From Macrostomum lignano (Eukaryota): a stretch of 64,000 nt of DNA. The notes under the pieces are model-generated. The model was not told the DNA's origin and did no database searches. It saw only the letters and a list, made by a program, of their open reading frames with translations. The stretch is from assembly GCA_002269645.1 (NCBI GenBank), contig NIVC01002867.1:69938-133937 (forward strand), written 5' to 3'. The position numbers and the translations under genes are program-made. Shown here piece after piece: positions 58,445 to 64,000 of this stretch (its first letter is position 1; each line of letters begins with the position of its first letter).

Positions 58445-58760
58445 GGCGTGCACAAGCTAACGAGGGGTTAGTGGTTAGAGCGTCGGACTCACGACTCGAA
58501 GGTCGGGGGTTCGATTCTCAAACTACTCGGAACAATTTGTATCTTTGAGCAAGACACTTAACTCTGCATTGCTTCAGTTCACCCAGCTGTAAAATGGGTG
58601 CCAGCATTAGCTGGGGTAATTGAGGGTGTGTGTGGCGACCCCCAGTCCTTGGACTGAACAGCCGTACGCAGCCTTCTGTTACTCGAGCTGTCGGTTACTC
58701 AGATGGCCATTGGGGCAAGTGTAATCAATTATTGTTAATATTATTATAATTATAATTATT
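58445..58760 (+). mobile_element. tRNA-derived SINE with CORE-like central domain
   Basis: A-box-like TAGTGGTTAGAGC (58469), B-box GGTTCGATTC (58508), central TTGAGCAAGACACTTAAC..CAGTTCACCCAGCTGTAAAATGGG (CORE/MIR-like), AT-rich simple-repeat tail; a second copy lies at 13504-13630. Confidence 0.8.
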
Positions 58761-59659
58761 ACTTGCTATCCATAAACGTCTTGAAAGCTCACGTCGCAAA
58801 ATATGTTAGTATTCATAGACTAGTTCGTCTCAAAAATTATAAATTATAAAAATCAGGCATGCGCATTCAATAATAATAACAAAAATGAATGCTATCGTAA
58901 TAGATTTCTTCAATCAAATATCTTAAATTATAAGCTGGTCTATGCTACTCGAACGCTCACTTGACATAGTGTTTAGAATGCTTGAAAGTAGGAACACCAA
59001 GCCATCCCCTGACAATTTGTTTCAAATTTGGCTGCGCCAGAACGGCTGGTGCACACCGAAATTCAAAATTCAAGTAATTGGAAGGCACAAAAAGTTAGAG
59101 GGAACTTTTTGCTGTGCACCTTCTCAAACTAGACTCAAGTCGCCAGGTCTCTGGCCGTCGAGGTATTCAACGGTAGTCAACTGGTGCCATTGATTGAAGA
59201 TGCTTGGGAGGCCAGCTGAGGATGTCCAGCAGTTGAGGCTTGCCCACTGTCGAGGCTTGATTAGAGACAGAGGAATTCGCAACTGCGTCCATAGTCACCT
59301 GGTGCCACCTGCTGAAGGTCCAGAAGCTCCACCAAGGTGAAGGTCAGTGACTAACGAAAGTCAGAGCTGATACAGACACATGTGCTCGACGTGCTGATGA
59401 AGTTTGGAGGCTTGGCAAGGCTACACTGATGCGCAGTGCTGGTTGGCGCTTAAGGTTGTATTGAACACACTGGAGCATATGGGAAAAATCCGACCTACTG
59501 GCAGAATCGTTGAATATCTCGACGGTCTGGAAGGCTGGCGACTTGATTCTTAGTTTAGAAGGTGCGTAACTAAAAGTTAGCCAGCGCTCGGGAATTTCTT
59601 GTGCATGCGTTGCTCATCGAACAAACAAAACTTACAGTGCCGCCGAATGGAGTCTGGCG

Positions 59660-60193
59660 TCACTCGCTACCAGCGCTGCCAACGTCGTTACTCTGACTTG
59701 TGTCGGTTTTGTCGGACAGTGGCGAATTGTCCGACTTTGCACTTTCGGCTTGCGCTTCGATCGTTGTCGGCATCTCGACCGCAGTCTGTGGCGACTGAGT
59801 CGACAAGAAACTGTCCGACAACTCCGATAGAACCCGTTTGTTATCCTGGCGCCACTTCACAATTTCCATGTGCTTCAACATGCGAAGCTCCCATGTGATG
59901 TCTTTCGACTGGTCTGCTTCTGCGGTCTTCGTCTCGGTCTTCTTCTTCTTGGCCTTCTTAGTTTTAAAACGCGACGGCTGCAACTGTAGAGTTGATGTCG
60001 AGCTGCCCGAGATGCGGGAATCTGGCCAGAGGCCCAGCTTCCGGGACTCTTTGACGGCCATGGAGCTGAAGCTCTCTTCGTCACCAAGCCTCGGCGATCG
60101 CATCGGCTGGAGAATGTAGAACACCAGAGCCACAGTGGCCAGCAGCGATGCTGTTGCCAAGCTGAACAAAAGAGCCGTAAGGATCTCGTACAT
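59660..60193 (-). CDS. Hypothetical 177-aa protein with N-terminal transmembrane helix/signal anchor and lysine-rich patch
   Basis: Single ORF MYEILTALLFSLATASLLATVALVFYIL (hydrophobic, about aa 4-28), then KTKKAKKKKT; GC-rich, codon-like composition between AT-rich flanks; no family recognised. Confidence 0.45.
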   Translation of the reverse strand: MYEILTALLFSLATASLLATVALVFYILQPMRSPRLGDEESFSSMAVKESRKLGLWPDSRISGSSTSTLQLQPSRFKTKKAKKKKTETKTAEADQSKDITWELRMLKHMEIVKWRQDNKRVLSELSDSFLSTQSPQTAVEMPTTIEAQAESAKSDNSPLSDKTDTSQSNDVGSAGSE

Positions 60194-61011
60194 TGCTTTT
60201 CTATCTATAGCTTTTTAATCTCTACTTGGTAAAATTTGCATTTTTCTTAAGTGGCGCTCGCGCAAACCGAGAAGACGTCAATCAAAAAACGCACCGAAAC
60301 GCCATAGACAATATTTGAGATGCAATTTAAATTTGGTGTGAACTCAGAGTTCGATTCTTAGTGAATATAGGGCCGTATGTATAAAGCCTAGTCCAGATTA
60401 GCTAGTCCGGACTTGGATGGTTCAGTCTATAGTCTATGGTCTAGCTACCTTTGGTTCTGTCTATAGTAGACCGGTCTAACTTTGTGTTTCTGCATACCAA
60501 ATCCAAGTCCAGACTAGCTTTTCAAGACCGGACTACCCTGGACCATAGATAATAAAAATACTAGATGGGTCACTCGCCTATTTCATGAATATAAGCTACT
60601 TTCAATTGGGCGTCTGTATAGAGTTTTTTGGATATATTTGTGCACCAAGTAAAATTTTAATATTATGTTTAGATTATGATGTAGACAAAAAAGTTTTGAC
60701 ATTTCAGACCCTCATTTTTCAATCGTTGAAGTTTATTTACACCGACGGAAAATGAAAAAAATTTAACAAAAATGTGGGCTTGGTTTAAACTTGTTACAAT
60801 AGAGGCATGCGCATTGCACTTACATGCATATATATTTTGATGCACAGGGTCGTATCAACTTATCATGTACACACAGATTGAAAGAAGATTTCACAAAAGT
60901 AAATATCATACTCGTACATATAAAGCATTTGGGCAAGACAAAAGCATTCTGAAAACAAAATTTTACTTTATAGTTTAAGCTAGCTACTTACCCGGTAGTT
61001 GAAGCAAATGT

Positions 61012-62695
61012 TCATGAACAAATTGAAGTTAACGAATGTGACAAAGAACGAAATACAATTAAATGTTTAATACAAACACGAAGGTTAATTAAGTTTACTC
61101 TCATCTTTCTGCTTGCTGAGCATCGCGCTGTCCTATCTTTCAGCGGCTTGGCCTCACAGCGGCACCAGTGATGCAGTCTGAGACGAGCGAACTTGCACAG
61201 TTGCTGCCAGACGATCTCCGTGTGCACGGAGCACGAGGGGAAGGTCACATTTGCGTGTCGGAAGCATCTCAAAACTGAATGGCTCACGTGATTCTGAAGC
61301 AATGTAGTCTTTGATAATGAGCCAAATAAAGATTCCAACAGCATAAAACTTTCCAGAACTGTGTTAGCCTCCTAGTGCAGATGTATTGAAAATCGCCGTT
61401 TTGCAGCAGCGATCTGGCCAGACTTTTGATCGATGAGATAGACAGCAGCCACGCTTCCTTGAACTTCATTGTAGCCTTTTGCTTCCTTCCGCTGTGAGGT
61501 CTAAATTTCCAACTGTGTAAGAAGCTTTCAGCTGCCTCCAATTCTGTGATCTGCTCTTCAAGAATATCTCGAGAAAGGGGGCGCTTTAGACCCCTATCGA
61601 ATAAGTGAGCTGAGTTAAGAATGTCAAATATGCCATTAATTCTATCTAAAAACTCTGCTGTTTGCTCTCCATCGGACTCTATTATTTTGTGATACACCGA
61701 AGTTCGGATTCCACTGGCGACTGAATGGCTGAAAATCTGCGCCGCGAGAGATACTTTCATTTTGTTTCCAACCTGTAGGTTGAAGTGACTGTCGCTTAAC
61801 CTTGGTGCCAATTTAAGCTTGTTGCGACTATCGGCCTGATAGAAGTCCGTAACATGCTTCCATTTTGCTGTTTTGCAATTGTCGAGCACAATTTCGTTCT
61901 TGAACAAAGCATTTCGCGCATTTTTCAGGCAGTGAGGGATATCAATGATGACAAAAACAGGCTCGTTTGTCACTGGGTGGTGCAGAAACGGCTTGGAAGA
62001 GCTTGGTAGCTCCACTGGCTTGTCTCTTGGTCTGCAACCAAAGCTACAACGATAATTCCTGCATGATGACACGCCGTCAGACAACTTTCAATCGCGTTAC
62101 GAAAACCTTCCTGTCCGAGACTCCGATGCGCAGGGTAATATGCAATCGATTGCTTCCAGTTGTGCAAAATACCGCGAACTACGCCTGCTACCGCTTCGTC
62201 TACAACTTTTGGTGCATCCGCTTGAGCAGGATCAGTCTCAAAGCCAATTATCTTGTCCTTGTACTGGCTGTAACGCACACATCCTGACAAGCTCATTCCA
62301 TCAAAGCAAAGAGTGGCCACTCGCTCTTTCTCTGTGCAGTCTTGCAACTTTTTTCTCATCAGCTTCATGGTAACTTCACAAACGCCTTCTTCCTGAAAAA
62401 ACAATCTGATGCGCCGCTTAATTGACGTCTCTGATGGAAATGGCATCTTCCACTGATCTCGCAGAAGTCGGTACGCGGCAGGACTTTTGTGATGCACTTG
62501 AATAGCAGAGCAGATGTCTTCGACAGCCCAATGCATGCCACGGTGGCGAGACTTTGTTTGCTTCATAGAGCTCTGCACTAGACGGTGGAGGGCGCTGCTG
62601 CTGCTGCTGCTGAACTTTCCAACCTGCGAGTCTTCGATTTTGCGCCGCAGCTTATCGATCGTCTTCTCCTGCCGACACAGCTTTCGTCGCTGTGT
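61012..62695 (-). pseudogene. Defective P-element (THAP9-like) DNA transposase, frameshifted and internally deleted
   Basis: Motifs PFPSETSIKRR, LCFDGMSL, QSIAYY, VALVADQ, FVIIDIPHCLKNARNAL, KLAPRLSDSHF..KMKVSLAAQIFSHSVASG, YICTRRLTQ, then a C-terminal C..H..RL.HW segment. Frameshifts near 62010 and 61360; the reading frame opens after a tttag acceptor at 62696. Confidence 0.88.
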
Positions 62696-62944
62696 CTAAA
62701 GAAATTGTCTAAATGCTAGTACTTTAGGATGCCTAGGCATTTTTCAGTTGACTTCTTTAACTTGCACTCTCTCCCTCAAGTTACATGTAGCTAGAAATTT
62801 CTAGGTAGAAATTCTAGAAAAGTCTGATTGCTTTAGCTATGGCAGTTGAAGCCTTTTCACTAACATTCTTTAGACAAACGAATCAAAATCTTTTTCATCA
62901 AAATGCCAATGAAGTGCTGCGTCCAAGGATGCCGAAACAATTCA

Positions 62945-63700
62945 GGATTGCGTTCACTGACGTCTCTGCTCTGCCAAAAACTACGAGCTCATGTGTCCGG
63001 CGACCTCAACGCCCACCATACTCACTGGGGCAGCACTGGCATCAATCAGAGAGGCGAAGACCTCATAGCCTACGTTGCCTCTACGATCCTCGAGTTTTGC
63101 AACTCTGGGTCCACCCCTACATTTGACAACGGACGGTGGTCGGAGGTGATCGACGCCACACTCGCAACACACAAGCTCTACTAGAGTATTGGGGCGTGGC
63201 GGGTGCTTCCAGCGTCCTCACTCCCCGATCACAAGTTCATTTCCTTCAACCTGATGGCCGCGCGTAGCGCAAATCGTGTTACGTGGAGACCAGAACGCCA
63301 GAAACACTGATTGGGAAACCTTCGGGCTCGCCCTGAAGGAGTTCCATCGGCCAACCATTCACCATCACGTCATGCCAATAAGCAAATGAGTGGGCGACTG
63401 TGCTGACAGAAACGCTAACCGCCGCCTTTGAGGCATCCTGCCCTTTAAAAGCCTATAAAGGGAAAAATCCGCGCCGTGGTGGAATCTAAGCGACTCCACC
63501 GCAGAGCAACTAAAACTAAGAGCCATCCATCGGACAAACCGCCTATCATGAAGTAGTCCATGAGTTTAAAAGGCAGGTTAGGAACGCGACAGCTCAGAAT
63601 TGCGTCAATACTACGAGGAGCTAGAGGGCTCACGCGCCGACCTTCAGAACTGTGAAAGCCCTTAAACTGGACAAAATGTCTTAGAGCTTTCTGTTCATCC
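62945..63700 (+). mobile_element. Degenerate non-LTR retrotransposon ORF2 fragment (APE endonuclease and downstream linker; LOA/R1-like)
   Basis: GDLNAHH..WGS..N.RGE.L, CNSGSTPTF....EVID.TL, W.V......DH.FISF, RNTDWETF, AFEASCPLK..PWWN; stops and frameshifts present. Confidence 0.8.
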
Positions 63701-64000
63701 CTTGAGACAGGTTCTTCAGAAAGGTTACTCGCTGTCTTCCACGATCTCTTTTTCCTTCAATCTTCCCAGTCTCTGACAGCTGCTCGATTCCTCCCTTCCT
63801 CACAATATGACCAGAGAACTTCGCCTGCCGTCTCCGAATGTTCGCCATCAACCTCCTTTTACAGTCAGCTCTTAGTAGAACAACTTCATTCGCTGGCGTG
63901 AAGATGTCAAGCCTGCAGTGGCATTATTTAGATTTTGAATTGCCGATCGAATTACGAACGAATCGAGCTTGGGAAGTCACGCCCCATAGACTACACGCGC

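Noticed and set aside
58445-58530. Possible tRNA gene
   Set aside because: A and B boxes are present, but there is no paired acceptor stem and the sequence continues into a SINE core found elsewhere in the window.
60304-60315. CATAGAC as a possible P-element terminus (also near 63985)
   Set aside because: Both occurrences are in direct orientation and no inverted partner or TSD is visible.

Overview
This is eukaryotic (metazoan) genomic DNA with GC-rich exons and introns packed with minisatellites; the style resembles a free-living flatworm such as Macrostomum, which is an inference only. Two spliced genes are divergently transcribed. The first is a 16-exon KMT2C/D (MLL3/4, trr/Lpt-type) H3K4 methyltransferase on the minus strand (36601->1395, about 4,440 aa). 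It has an apparent 1-nt deletion in the ePHD2 exon and an unusual in-frame 24-aa tandem repeat. The second is an 11-exon SPATA18/Mieap gene on the plus strand (44710->54942, 556 aa). The 8-kb intergenic region holds a 2.1-kb hAT-type element with 8-bp TSD, a CpG-stripped DNA-transposase relic and a 401-bp MITE with 9-bp TSD. The right end holds a tRNA-derived CORE-type SINE, an orphan membrane-anchored ORF, a broken P-element transposase and a LINE endonuclease fragment fused to a THAP-like start. The most unusual signals are RFX X-box minisatellites at an identical 66-nt offset from two 5' splice sites, a CpG->TpA mutational signature, and a transposon-borne array of consensus splice donors upstream of KMT2C/D. 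Gene models were spliced by hand and no database searches were run.
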